A stretch of DNA of 64,000 nucleotides, from the IMG/VR virus record IMGVR_UViG_3300021255_000083, positions 1 through 64,000 of that record; one strand, given 5' to 3'. This document shows, in pieces, positions 37,378 to 47,501 of this stretch; positions within the stretch are counted from its first letter, which is position 1, and each line of letters starts with the position of its first letter. Made by a program: the position numbers and the translations under genes. The notes beneath the pieces are model-generated. The model ran no database searches. It was not told where the DNA came from and worked only from the letters and a program-made list of their open reading frames with translations. The DNA comes from a virus (lineage: Duplodnaviria > Caudoviricetes).

Positions 37378-37668
37378 CTACCTATTCAGCTTATTTACCC
37401 AATCACACAACCACGCAGCTAATTTACCATTAACTGTTTTTGGATATTGTTTCATCATATAATTCAATTTTACTGTAAATTCCATATTTAAAAAATTATA
37501 ACCTACTACATATGTCTGGTCCTTACAAAAACCTAATTTTATCCATTGACCTCTATTTCCGAAATAAACCATTATATAATCATTACTTTGTCTCGCATTT
37601 CTTACTTTAGGCTCAATATCATTTATATTTATTCTATCTTTATGAGGTACAGTTATTATTTGTTTCAT
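37378..37668 (-). CDS. Hypothetical protein
   Basis: 96 aa ORF with GGAGGTG RBS. Confidence 0.55.
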   Translation of the reverse strand: MKQIITVPHKDRININDIEPKVRNARQSNDYIMVYFGNRGQWIKLGFCKDQTYVVGYNFLNMEFTVKLNYMMKQYPKTVNGKLAAWLCDWVNKLNR

Positions 37669-37680
37669 AACTTCACCTCC

Positions 37681-38022
37681 CTATTCTTCTACATTAACAT
37701 CTGTAATTACTATGATGCCCTCATCCATATCAACTATATCATAATTTATTACATATGTATTGTCATCATCATCTACTAATAATTCTTGTGTATCATCTAA
37801 ATCCATATTATATAAATCTGATGTCATTAAAAATACCTTATTATATCTTGCAAATAAACTTTGTAATAATGCATTTAGTTCTCCTACAGACATACTTTGT
37901 CCTATTCTATCTTGTAACATTTCTAATAAATCATCGGTATTTTCTTTTTCTGCATTAACTTCTTTATCATTTTCAATATCTTCTACATCTACATCCTCTA
38001 ACTCTTCATAATCATCTTGCAT
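37681..38022 (-). CDS. Acidic hypothetical protein
   Basis: 113 aa; GTAAAATATTA at 38060 upstream. Confidence 0.55.
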   Translation of the reverse strand: MQDDYEELEDVDVEDIENDKEVNAEKENTDDLLEMLQDRIGQSMSVGELNALLQSLFARYNKVFLMTSDLYNMDLDDTQELLVDDDDNTYVINYDIVDMDEGIIVITDVNVEE

Positions 38023-38091
38023 TGAGTACTACCCCCTTTATACTTTATACCGTACCTAGTAATATTTTACAATAATAAATATAACTAATTT

Positions 38092-40947
38092 TTAAAATAA
38101 AGAATTATGCCCTTCAGCATCTTTTTTATGAAATACTATACCCATTCTTTCAATATAATCTAATGCTCTAGAACTTTCATCAGCATCTATAACTATATCA
38201 GACATAGCACCTTTCCCGCTTAACATATTTCGTATTTCCTCATCATATGTATCGGCTATATATAAGTTTATAACTTGCACAGTATGCTTTTGACCTATTC
38301 TGTGACAATTATGTACTGGTAAATTACCGACCATATAACACTCATCATCTTCTACTGAAATGTCATATAATATCATATTATTGTGAACTTTAGTTGAATA
38401 TGTCTTTATATTCTTTATTTTACCCACACGTATATCCCTATCTTTTCTCGGGTTATCTATTCCAATTTGTGTAAACTCTATAATATATTCTCGTTTTGCT
38501 CCTTGTTCGTATAAAAATCTCGTTCTAAATGATGCCTTATAGCCAAGTCTATAACATAAATACCATATACCTGTTGCAATAGCAGGTGTTGTTGTAACAT
38601 AACTATAATGTGTACTTTGATTTATATTATCACACATTTGTGTATGCCCGTCACTACGCATCAAACCCTCTAAAAAACTGTGCATTAAAACAGAATTTAA
38701 ATTAAATACCCACATTGGTATATATTTCTCTTCCCCAATTCTGCCAAAATTCATTTCAATAAAACGGGCTAGTGGTTCACATCTAACATTTAATTGTCTA
38801 CCTAAATTACCATCTCTAGGTACATCTATATTCATTGTTGCATTTGTAATTGTATGTATATAAGATTGTATCCTATCTAAAGCCGTCTGTTTTGTAGTAC
38901 AATTACCACAAAAACCAATTCTTTTTAAATCACTTGTTATGAAGCCATCGCCTAAATAAAATCCTAACAAAAACATCAATTCCTCTGTAACAGGTATTTC
39001 TGTATAATACATATACGTATCAGATGTATCTTTTACTTTACCTTGTGAATTACGTGTTTTATAACTTGCTTCAATATAAGGTAACATATCAATAGTTTTA
39101 TCTTCACCAAAATCACTATCTACTGCTGGAATACTCCAAACACTATCACCTTTCTTCAAGTCTTTTGCCATTACCCAATCACCATTACTAGTCAATATCT
39201 TGTGGTCATCTGTACATTTTATAGCAAACTCCTCACCTAAACCAAATAACTCAATATTAACCATAGACCTACTATTCTCTACAGGTATCTGATGTGTATC
39301 AACAACTCTTTTTATATTACCATAGGGTGTATATACATAATCATTAATCTTAATATCTTGTATGTATTTTGGTCCCTTTGTAGTCATTACAATTGTATTA
39401 CGAGCAAAACATCTATCGCAACATTGGTCATAATTTGCTCTATTCCAAGGAGGAGATAAAAACACAACTATCTCTGTATTAACTAAAGTAAATCCAGCTC
39501 CCAGTGTAGCTTCTTGTGCAAATATACAACTAAATCCTTCTGTATTTTCGTGTTCATCTATAACTTCTTGCACTCTAGCTCCCATTCCACCTTTTATTAA
39601 CTTAGGATGATATTCCTTACAATATTCCAATCCTAACTCAAGAGCTTGTGTAAACGGGCAAAATACTAATACCTTTTGACCATTTATTTTTGCTTCTTCT
39701 AATATATCATTTAATCTATCAAACTTAGTACTTTTAAAATGTGTTGATGATACCAAATCAGTCGAAACAGTAATCTGTCTCATTCTTGTAATCATCGCTA
39801 CTGTATCGAATACAGGCTCTATTTTATCTAAATATCTTCCACCATAATCACCGTGCATTAAATCATCCATTACTTTCCATTCATCAGTAGAAAATTCTAA
39901 AACTTCATCCTTTAATAATTTTTCAGGTAAATCTAACAAATCTTTAGTTCTTCGTATACTACTTCTATATAATATATTATGTAATTCATCCATATTTTGA
40001 TATCCTACAGGTCTACCCCAGTCATCCTTAATAACAAACTTTTTATCAAATAACCATTTATTATAATTTATTAATCCTACAAAACTCATTGGACAATATA
40101 AATCTAATGGATTATTTACTAACAATGTACCTGTCATAGCAACTTTACTTGCTTTACTATTAAATGCCATTATACCTTTTGCAGTACTACTTGTTATAGA
40201 TTTTGATTTATGTACCTCATCTATAACTATCATACCAAGTTCTCCTGCTTCTATCAATTTATTAAAGTGATGTACAACTCCATCTTTAGCCTTTTTATCT
40301 TCATCATTTAACCTAATACGTTCTATATTCATAACCCAAAAAAATTCTTCAGGTACATTATCTATTTGTTGTTTCATCTCTTCTACAGTAGTTGATACTA
40401 CTTTACCCTTACTATTAACTCTAGTACCTAGCACCACCGCTCTTTCATCTTTACAAAATTTTTCAACTTCTCTTTGCCAGTTAAACTTTAAAGAATTAAC
40501 TCCACATATTATTAAACAATGTTTTAAACCCTGATGTAACTTTTTATATCTAGCTAATGTTATAATTTGTAATGTTTTTCCAAGCCCTTGTTCGTCTAAC
40601 AACAAAAAATTATGATGATTTAGCCCATATCGAACACCATCTAATTGGTAATCATATAGATTATATCCATTAAAATCCATACCATTTAATATATCATCAG
40701 AAGTCACAACTTTTGCTTTTGGTGGATTATTTATATAACATATTTGGGTATCATTATATAATTGTTTTATTTCTTCCCAACAACTAAATGGTACTTCCCA
40801 CTCTTTATTCTCTGGTAAATATTTTCTATTCCAATAATTCTTTATTCTATCAACATTCTGCTTAAAATCACCACCACTAAATCTTAAAAACAAACTATTA
40901 CTATCTAGTGATTGTGTTTCAGCCATACCAAATTCTATTATAACCAT
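38092..40947 (-). CDS. SNF2-family helicase/ATPase containing an intein
   Basis: LYDYQ, DEQGLGKT (Walker A), IDEVH, MTGT; motif VI QCCDR/CHRIGQ split by the intein. Confidence 0.9.
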   Translation of the reverse strand: MVIIEFGMAETQSLDSNSLFLRFSGGDFKQNVDRIKNYWNRKYLPENKEWEVPFSCWEEIKQLYNDTQICYINNPPKAKVVTSDDILNGMDFNGYNLYDYQLDGVRYGLNHHNFLLLDEQGLGKTLQIITLARYKKLHQGLKHCLIICGVNSLKFNWQREVEKFCKDERAVVLGTRVNSKGKVVSTTVEEMKQQIDNVPEEFFWVMNIERIRLNDEDKKAKDGVVHHFNKLIEAGELGMIVIDEVHKSKSITSSTAKGIMAFNSKASKVAMTGTLLVNNPLDLYCPMSFVGLINYNKWLFDKKFVIKDDWGRPVGYQNMDELHNILYRSSIRRTKDLLDLPEKLLKDEVLEFSTDEWKVMDDLMHGDYGGRYLDKIEPVFDTVAMITRMRQITVSTDLVSSTHFKSTKFDRLNDILEEAKINGQKVLVFCPFTQALELGLEYCKEYHPKLIKGGMGARVQEVIDEHENTEGFSCIFAQEATLGAGFTLVNTEIVVFLSPPWNRANYDQCCDRCFARNTIVMTTKGPKYIQDIKINDYVYTPYGNIKRVVDTHQIPVENSRSMVNIELFGLGEEFAIKCTDDHKILTSNGDWVMAKDLKKGDSVWSIPAVDSDFGEDKTIDMLPYIEASYKTRNSQGKVKDTSDTYMYYTEIPVTEELMFLLGFYLGDGFITSDLKRIGFCGNCTTKQTALDRIQSYIHTITNATMNIDVPRDGNLGRQLNVRCEPLARFIEMNFGRIGEEKYIPMWVFNLNSVLMHSFLEGLMRSDGHTQMCDNINQSTHYSYVTTTPAIATGIWYLCYRLGYKASFRTRFLYEQGAKREYIIEFTQIGIDNPRKDRDIRVGKIKNIKTYSTKVHNNMILYDISVEDDECYMVGNLPVHNCHRIGQKHTVQVINLYIADTYDEEIRNMLSGKGAMSDIVIDADESSRALDYIERMGIVFHKKDAEGHNSLF
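38308..39411 (-). mobile_element. Intein with LAGLIDADG homing endonuclease (368 aa)
   Basis: Starts CFARNTIV, block B CTDDHKIL, LLGFYLGDG and FLEGLMRSDG, ends VHN followed by Cys+1. Confidence 0.92.
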
Positions 40948-41030
40948 AAACTTACCTCGTTTCGTGCATATTATATCATAATTTATAAAATATGTAAATA
41001 TATTTTTTACATTAATAAAAAGAGTTTATT

Positions 41031-41255
41031 TTAGTTAAACTCTTTTTCTCCATCTACTAACTTTGTTTCACCATCCACTAACTTTGTTATATGTGGAAGT
41101 TCTATTGGAGCCTTTGCATCTTTATTTTTCATCTTATCTAAAAGTTCTTGATACAATTTACTTGCCTTATCCTTACCATACCTTACAATAGTTCGACCTT
41201 TTCTAAAATGTCTCTTATCATAATAACTATACTCAAAATTATATATCTCTATCAT
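41031..41255 (-). CDS. Hypothetical protein
   Basis: 74 aa; GTAAAATATTA at 41272. Confidence 0.5.
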   Translation of the reverse strand: MIEIYNFEYSYYDKRHFRKGRTIVRYGKDKASKLYQELLDKMKNKDAKAPIELPHITKLVDGETKLVDGEKEFN

Positions 41256-41315
41256 ATAAATCCACCTCTATTAATATTTTACACATTAGAAAAAGCTATA
41301 GATTATCTATAGCTT

Positions 41316-41714
41316 TTATTGCAATATATATTTATCTTTACTTATAAAATAATAAATCGTTTCCCCATTTTCCCATTCATCTTTATATGTTTTCATCAAC
41401 TTAACATCTATCATACTTTTTATATACTCATATGACTGCTTTTCTACTCTATTTTTTAAATATATTATTAAGCTATCTTTCACATACTTAGCAAACTTTC
41501 TCATTTCTGATGAATTTAATTTATCAGCATCATAAAACACTTTTTTAAATAAATCTTCCATTTCTATTCTTGCATCACGCCATTTAGCATTATCTGTAAT
41601 ATCATTTAAACAACAATAATAGTTATTAAACTTAAACCAATCAAAGAAATTTTCAAAATAGCTACCAAAATCATTATCATAAAACTTAACTCTGATAATC
41701 ATATTATTCACCAC
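41316..41714 (-). CDS. Hypothetical protein
   Basis: 132 aa ORF in a tightly packed operon. Confidence 0.55.
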   Translation of the reverse strand: MVNNMIIRVKFYDNDFGSYFENFFDWFKFNNYYCCLNDITDNAKWRDARIEMEDLFKKVFYDADKLNSSEMRKFAKYVKDSLIIYLKNRVEKQSYEYIKSMIDVKLMKTYKDEWENGETIYYFISKDKYILQ

Positions 41715-42117
41715 CCTCTAAAAAATTTATTTCCGCTTGTGATAATTGCTCTATAGCATCATTATAATAACTTATATATCTATCTCCACATACAGCCTCC
41801 TTCATTTTAGCATATAATTCTCTAGCATTATTGGAATTTTTATTTTCTAGAGCTTGTTTAATTTTAACAACCTGCACTTCAAAATACTTTTTAATATCAT
41901 TTTTACTTCTAGCATATAACTTATCATATTTTCGTATATCCATAATCCTACTAGATGTCTTTTCTTTATATCTACTATAATTATTTAAAAGTACAAGTAA
42001 TTTCTCAGTTAATTTATCTAATTCAACTCTATCTTCAGCATCTAAGTTATATCTTATTTTATTTAAAAATTTAATATCATTATGTGTAATATACTTTGGT
42101 TGTTTCATATAAACCAC
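41704..42117 (-). CDS. Hypothetical protein
   Basis: 137 aa ORF. Confidence 0.55.
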   Translation of the reverse strand: MVYMKQPKYITHNDIKFLNKIRYNLDAEDRVELDKLTEKLLVLLNNYSRYKEKTSSRIMDIRKYDKLYARSKNDIKKYFEVQVVKIKQALENKNSNNARELYAKMKEAVCGDRYISYYNDAIEQLSQAEINFLEGGE

Positions 42118-42123
42118 TCCTTT

Positions 42124-42315
42124 CTATGTATCTGACTTTTTATTTAACTCTTTTTGTTTCTTAATACAATCTTTTATGTTTGATGATTTATATACTATGT
42201 TCTTACAAGGTAATCCACCTATAGGTTTCATCTCAAAATATACTATATATTCATCATCCATTTGATAGGGTTCATATTTAGGTGAAAATCCGATTTTATA
42301 TCTAGCCATCTTCAA
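42124..42315 (-). CDS. Hypothetical protein
   Basis: Small ORF overlapping the upstream stop. Confidence 0.45.
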   Translation of the reverse strand: MKMARYKIGFSPKYEPYQMDDEYIVYFEMKPIGGLPCKNIVYKSSNIKDCIKKQKELNKKSDT

Positions 42316-42601
42316 CCACCTCTTTCATTAAATCTTCTTCAATCACCTTCCTATGGTCAACACCTAAAATTTGTTTAACTTCCTCTGGGTCAAATAAATA
42401 AAATATCTGTAATACATTACCATCAGCATAATTAGAATAATCTGCCTCAGCCACATCATAATATTTATTATTATATATTCTGTGATATATAGTATAATCT
42501 TTGTCTGCAAGATTTACTATTGAAAATCCATCACCTTTACCATACACAATAATTGTTTCAGCTTGTTCCTGTGTTATTCTTTTAAACTTCATAATAACCA
42601 C
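42302..42601 (-). CDS. Hypothetical protein
   Basis: 99 aa ORF. Confidence 0.5.
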   Translation of the reverse strand: MVIMKFKRITQEQAETIIVYGKGDGFSIVNLADKDYTIYHRIYNNKYYDVAEADYSNYADGNVLQIFYLFDPEEVKQILGVDHRKVIEEDLMKEVVEDG

Positions 42602-42604
42602 CCC

Positions 42605-42994
42605 CTATTTATCTTCTATTTTTATACTACCCTTAACAGCTTGTTCAACCACAACTTTTTGATATATCTTAGATGTAGGTTTAAAATTTTCATAAAACAA
42701 TTTTGTATCAATTACTGTTTTAGTATAATCCTTTTTAGTTATAACCTTTACTGATTTGTCCTCTAGTGTAGTTTTACCCTCATCTTGCATAGCTACTCTC
42801 AATGGTTCTAAACATTCTTTAATTGATTTATTTTGTTCATTTAATTGTGTTAATACATCTAAATATTCTGCTAACAATTTACTATCTTTAGCTTGAGCTT
42901 CAATCTCAGCCTTTTTCTGCTCTAATTTTACTTTGTCTCTTTCCTTTTTACTTAACTTTTTAAATAACTTTTCAGCTAATGTTAATTCTTTCAT
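42605..42994 (-). CDS. Basic coiled-coil hypothetical protein
   Basis: 129 aa ORF with AGGAGG RBS. Confidence 0.55.
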   Translation of the reverse strand: MKELTLAEKLFKKLSKKERDKVKLEQKKAEIEAQAKDSKLLAEYLDVLTQLNEQNKSIKECLEPLRVAMQDEGKTTLEDKSVKVITKKDYTKTVIDTKLFYENFKPTSKIYQKVVVEQAVKGSIKIEDK

Positions 42995-43010
42995 ATCATA
43001 TACCTCCTTA

Positions 43011-43505
43011 TTATAATAAATTATCTAGTTCATCACCAAATCTGCTTATAATATCATCTTTTTCATTTTCATAATCTTCTTTTTCAGTATCAGCTGCATC
43101 TTCATCTGGTTCCTCTAATTGCTCATAATCATCATAAATAGAATTTAATTCATCTAAAACTTCTGTAACTGTATCTGTTCTCTCTTCTACCAAACTACCA
43201 CTTGCTAATTGTTCTGGCATATTATCAAACTTACTCTGTAAATCATCTAATAAGTCTTCTACATTTGATATTGTTCCCTCCATATCTTGATACTTATACC
43301 AATCATCTTGTATATCGTATACTTGACCTGTATACTCAGAACTTTCCCATCTACTTCTAGGTGCGTTTAGAAAACACTCTGTATGCACTTTCCATTTAGA
43401 ATAATAATTCCACACATTTACATACTCCACACCCTTTTCTATTTTCTCTCCGCACACATCACAAGTATACTCTTTTCTTGATACTACTCTTTTATTCCTA
43501 GCCAT
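43011..43505 (-). CDS. Zinc-binding/coiled-coil hypothetical protein
   Basis: Start moved to MARNK behind GGAGGGAGG; CDVC...HTEC; the ORF-track extension overlaps the promoter. Confidence 0.6.
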   Translation of the reverse strand: MARNKRVVSRKEYTCDVCGEKIEKGVEYVNVWNYYSKWKVHTECFLNAPRSRWESSEYTGQVYDIQDDWYKYQDMEGTISNVEDLLDDLQSKFDNMPEQLASGSLVEERTDTVTEVLDELNSIYDDYEQLEEPDEDAADTEKEDYENEKDDIISRFGDELDNLL

Positions 43506-43581
43506 ATGATTACCTCCCTCCGAAAAATGTTCTATTATCATTTCACAATTCCCATATGTTTTACATAATTCCCCTATTATC

Positions 43582-43610
43582 ATTATACCATATTTTTCGG
43601 TTTTTGTCAA
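43582..43610 (-). promoter_or_regulatory. SigmaA-type promoter
   Basis: TTGACA-17 nt (ending TGG)-TATAAT. Confidence 0.8.
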
Positions 43611-43690
43611 CCATTTTTACTTGTTTATAGGTGTTTTAAAAATAAGTAAATAATAAAATTTAATAAAAATATAGGGTATATATTAATACC

Positions 43691-44359
43691 CTATATTTTA
43701 ATTTCATAATCATACAAATCTCTAAATCTTATGCCTTTATCTGCATCATACATACCAACTTTAACAGCTTTATTTAATTTTTTATCCATTACCATAAATT
43801 TTATACCATCCCACATATGTTGTATAATATCAATGTAATACCTATCATTTGGTTTAAAGGTTTCAGTAAACCCCTCTATATATTTATCTAATGTATCATA
43901 ATCAATATCATCTGTATAATTAGAAAATTTTTTCCTCCTAACTGCATCCTCTGCTCTTCGTATATCGCTTTCAACGGAAGTTAATCTACTTTGTAATTTT
44001 TGTTTTTCCCTTTTTAAATTTTCTATTTCTGTATATATTATAGGATGTGTTTTTCTATAACTACCTCCTTTTTGATATTGTTCAAATTCATTTAGAAAAT
44101 TCTTTTTATCTTCTTCTGTATCAATATGCTTTCCCATACCATTAGCTAACCAAACATATCTTGGTCCAGCTTTATCCTTTAATTCTATATACACTAAACT
44201 AGTTGTAAATCTTTCTGCCCCATATCCATCAACTTGATACTCTATCATACAAGTTTTATTTTCAATATTACCTTTAAAACTCTTAGATATTATATTATAT
44301 TTACTCATATTATCTACCCTCCAATCTAAGTATAAATCTAATTCCATTTCGTATATCAC
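43691..44359 (-). CDS. Hypothetical protein
   Basis: Long ORF; true start probably MSKYN. Confidence 0.55.
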   Translation of the reverse strand: MIYEMELDLYLDWRVDNMSKYNIISKSFKGNIENKTCMIEYQVDGYGAERFTTSLVYIELKDKAGPRYVWLANGMGKHIDTEEDKKNFLNEFEQYQKGGSYRKTHPIIYTEIENLKREKQKLQSRLTSVESDIRRAEDAVRRKKFSNYTDDIDYDTLDKYIEGFTETFKPNDRYYIDIIQHMWDGIKFMVMDKKLNKAVKVGMYDADKGIRFRDLYDYEIKI

Positions 44360-44621
44360 CAGATTTAGTTTTAAACTTTCCGAATGTAGGCACGCATATT
44401 AAATTAACATCTGTAGATGCTAAAAAGTCTCTAGCCAGTACTATAGAGGTTACAGCCTTATTTATGGCTAACGGTCCAATGGCTTGTATTTCTACTAAAG
44501 CATCCTCACCATAGTCTGTATAATCCTTATTAAACTTTTTACTTATAGCTGTAGCTACTTTAGTTGGTATAGAAGTTGATGAAACAAGTACTACATAGTC
44601 TGCATCATTCACTCGCTTCAC
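44310..44621 (-). CDS. spoVS: Stage V sporulation protein S-like
   Basis: VSSTSIPTKVATAI, VEIQAIGPLAINKAV..I..AR.FL, LICVPTF match the SpoVS pattern. Confidence 0.75.
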   Translation of the reverse strand: MKRVNDADYVVLVSSTSIPTKVATAISKKFNKDYTDYGEDALVEIQAIGPLAINKAVTSIVLARDFLASTDVNLICVPTFGKFKTKSGDIRNGIRFILRLEGR

Positions 44622-44782
44622 CTTCTTTCATTTGTGTAATATTTTGTTCTAGCTGTAATTGTTTAGTTCTTTCTTTTAATTTTTCCTCTTCATATGTAAA
44701 ATGTAAAACAATATATAATATTACTACTAAAGCCACAGCACCTATAAAATAATTAGATAATTCAAACTTTCCAAATTTCATA

Positions 44783-46861
44783 CTATGCCTCCATAAACAT
44801 TGTTATTAACATATCTTTTGTAATACTTTCAATAGATAAATCATAATCAACTTTTTTCTCAACTTTTCTATATAATGTTTCACTACCAGTTTCTGTCTCA
44901 ACTACAACCTCTTCCATTATTTCAGTACAAGGTTTATCAGCTATAATACAACCTGCTTCAGTTAGTAATTCACGCAATGTTAATTGGGCTTTTGGATATT
45001 CTTCACCATAGCTTATAGCCATTTTCTTAACATCTTCTTTAAATCCTGCAATACTTGTATCAGTACTAAAATTATTAAATCTTAATACTACTTTATCCTC
45101 ATTTAATGTAACATATGCTATATCTATATCTGGTATAGTTTTATATTTTGGGTCATAATCAAATTTTGTACTTATTGATGTTATTATATCATTTGGATTT
45201 ATTGTATAATTTTTTGAAACATTTTCATCAGTAGTACTTGCTATAATAAACTCATATGGTACATCGTGATTATTTTGAGTATAGTTCTTTAACTTAATTA
45301 CAAATGTTACCTCTTTTAAACTTGATTTAATTAGTAAACACTCAGTTGCACCATCAGGTAATTGTGCATCCGTCATATCCCCACTATGTACTATATCATC
45401 ACTTCTATAAGATGCATTCCAACCTATATGTTCATTTTCACCTTCTGCGTGTAAATCTAAGTCAACTCTTTGTGTATCTAGGTTTTTCCAATGCACACCT
45501 ATAACCATATTATTATTTCTAGGTATAGTAATTGTTGTGCCAATAGGGAAATTACCCAAAAATTGTTTTTCAGATGTTGGTACTGTATATTCAACATTAT
45601 CTGGTAAATAAATTGTTTTATTTCCTATAATATTATGTACCCTATTATACAAGTGTTCTTCAATTATATTTTTTAAATATAATTGAGCCTTAAATTTATT
45701 ATTTGAACTTTTACCTGCGTGTTCGATATTTTCTAAATATGCCTTACCATTTCTAATTTTATACATCGCAGTATCTACATCATTTAACCTGTATCTTATA
45801 GAGTTTAATATTCTAACCTCTCTAAATACTGTTATAGTATCTAACTTAGACTTTATATCATTAAAAGATATAGTATCTTGTGTTAATCCTGCTGCATCTG
45901 CATTATACTTAAAATATCTATTATAATAAAATTCACCTTTTTCAGAATTCATATTATATATTGATGTAAGCCTATCTAATACATCAAATGGCATATGTTT
46001 ACGATTTGTTCTAGCTGATTTTTTAGCTCTATTAATTATATGATTTAATTCCTTGTCTATCTTTGTTTTAGGGTTATGTGACTTTATTGCTACAAAAAAC
46101 TCATTTTGACTTAAAAATATTTCACCTAGTTTTTTATAGCCATATGGTTTTTGTACATAAGATTTTAATAATCTTAGTGCTTCTTCCTTATCACAATCTG
46201 ATAATACACCCAACAATTCTTTACTTTTTATTAACATTGTACTTCCAGATAATTTATAAACTAAATATCTTAAAAAGTCCATATTATTTTTAGGTACAAT
46301 ACCATATTTATCATATAGAGCTATTTTAACCTCTTTATTATTAATCTCATCAAATTTTTCCTTATCTATATAATCAGATAACATCATTACATCTTCTACA
46401 GTTTGTTTAGATAAAGCTATTCCACTTTTTAGTAATTCTAATAATCTATTACCTAATTCTAACTCTGTTAATTTTACTATAGGTATTAATTTTACATCTT
46501 CATCTAAATCAGGTACTTCAAGTTTTTCGTGTGGTATATATACTAAATCTTGATTATATAAATCCATTGCTTCTAAACCATATGTTGTAAAATAATGTAT
46601 TAATTGCTGTGCAACTAATACTTCTATTGGTGTATCTATTACTGTTTGAAATGATTTATGAAATGTTTGGTTCCATTCTTCAGGTTTTATACCATATAAT
46701 TCTATAGCACTATTTAAAACATCTTCTGATACAGGGTCTTGTATTAATAAACCATTTTCAAGAGCTTTCTGATTTACACTACCTATAAACAAACTCTTGT
46801 CATCTGTATATGCTTTAAATAATCTTAACTCAGCCTTAATTTGTTCTATATTCATAAACAA
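44783..46861 (-). CDS. Putative Ro/TROVE-related protein with C-terminal TerD-like domain (692 aa)
   Basis: Helical N-terminal two-thirds; C-terminal IGVHW...RVDLDLHA...IGWN...HSGDMTDA..P.GATE is TerD-like; downstream of Y-RNA-like cluster. TROVE assignment is inference. Confidence 0.55.
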   Translation of the reverse strand: MFMNIEQIKAELRLFKAYTDDKSLFIGSVNQKALENGLLIQDPVSEDVLNSAIELYGIKPEEWNQTFHKSFQTVIDTPIEVLVAQQLIHYFTTYGLEAMDLYNQDLVYIPHEKLEVPDLDEDVKLIPIVKLTELELGNRLLELLKSGIALSKQTVEDVMMLSDYIDKEKFDEINNKEVKIALYDKYGIVPKNNMDFLRYLVYKLSGSTMLIKSKELLGVLSDCDKEEALRLLKSYVQKPYGYKKLGEIFLSQNEFFVAIKSHNPKTKIDKELNHIINRAKKSARTNRKHMPFDVLDRLTSIYNMNSEKGEFYYNRYFKYNADAAGLTQDTISFNDIKSKLDTITVFREVRILNSIRYRLNDVDTAMYKIRNGKAYLENIEHAGKSSNNKFKAQLYLKNIIEEHLYNRVHNIIGNKTIYLPDNVEYTVPTSEKQFLGNFPIGTTITIPRNNNMVIGVHWKNLDTQRVDLDLHAEGENEHIGWNASYRSDDIVHSGDMTDAQLPDGATECLLIKSSLKEVTFVIKLKNYTQNNHDVPYEFIIASTTDENVSKNYTINPNDIITSISTKFDYDPKYKTIPDIDIAYVTLNEDKVVLRFNNFSTDTSIAGFKEDVKKMAISYGEEYPKAQLTLRELLTEAGCIIADKPCTEIMEEVVVETETGSETLYRKVEKKVDYDLSIESITKDMLITMFMEA

Positions 46862-46885
46862 CTTCCCCCTCTTTTAATTCATTTT

Positions 46886-47056
46886 CTATATCATATTTTC
46901 ATAAATATAATTAAGCTCATTATGTATTTCATCTAACTTTTGTTTTGTTCTATTTAATTTATCATTTAACGCAATTAATCTTACTGTCTGATATGTAAAA
47001 TATGCAGTTAAAATAAATATGATTACTATTATAATACACCAAAATAATTTTTTCAT
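46886..47056 (-). CDS. Small membrane protein
   Basis: MKKLFWCIIIVIIFILTAYF TM segment then coiled coil; TTGACA/TATAAT promoter near 47085-47112. Confidence 0.5.
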   Translation of the reverse strand: MKKLFWCIIIVIIFILTAYFTYQTVRLIALNDKLNRTKQKLDEIHNELNYIYENMI

Positions 47057-47159
47057 AGTTAAACTACTCCAATCTATAATATCTATTATATTATTATAAA
47101 ACACTGTGTCAAAAATGACATCATTTTATCCACTTTTATTACTAGTTATTTAATTAAAT

Positions 47160-47256
47160 AGCAAGTCGAGGAGTAAACTTTTAACTAGCACTACATAAGT
47201 AGTCTAGCTAAATAATGTATTTTTCCCAAAAGACAAGGAACTCCCTTTGACTTGCT
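47160..47256 (-). ncRNA. Y-RNA-like unit 1
   Basis: AGCAAGTC/GACTTGCT terminal stem, GGAG/CTCC helix, conserved GTTCCTT and TAC; internal long hairpin. Confidence 0.65.
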
Positions 47257-47265
47257 TTTATAATT

Positions 47266-47394
47266 AAGTGTCGAGCAGTAACATTTGTGCGGTCGCTCTA
47301 CCAGTTGAGCTACACTATCTTACGATAATGACAGGGCTCGAACCTGTAACAAACTGCTTGGCTTCTATGTTATAAGGAACTGCATTAGACACTT
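47266..47394 (-). ncRNA. Y-RNA-like unit 2, YrlA-type tRNA mimic
   Basis: AAGTGTC/GACACTT stem; T arm ACAGG-TTCGAGC-CCTGT, acceptor stem CATTATC/GATAGTG closed by GTAA, then D arm TA-GCTC-AACTGGTA-GAGC. Confidence 0.8.
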
Positions 47395-47405
47395 TTAAAT
47401 ATTGC

Positions 47406-47484
47406 ATATGGCGAGGTGTAATACTACTTTCAATCCAAATTTGAATGCTCTACTGAGCTAATTAAGGAACACCATTAGCCATAT
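47406..47484 (-). ncRNA. Y-RNA-like unit 3
   Basis: ATATGGC/GCCATAT stem, GGTG/CACC helix, GTTCCTT; inner TAGCTCAGTAGAGCA mini D arm and TTCAA-ATTTGGA-TTGAA anticodon-like arm. Confidence 0.65.
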
Positions 47485-47501
47485 CATTTAATAAGTCATA
47501 T

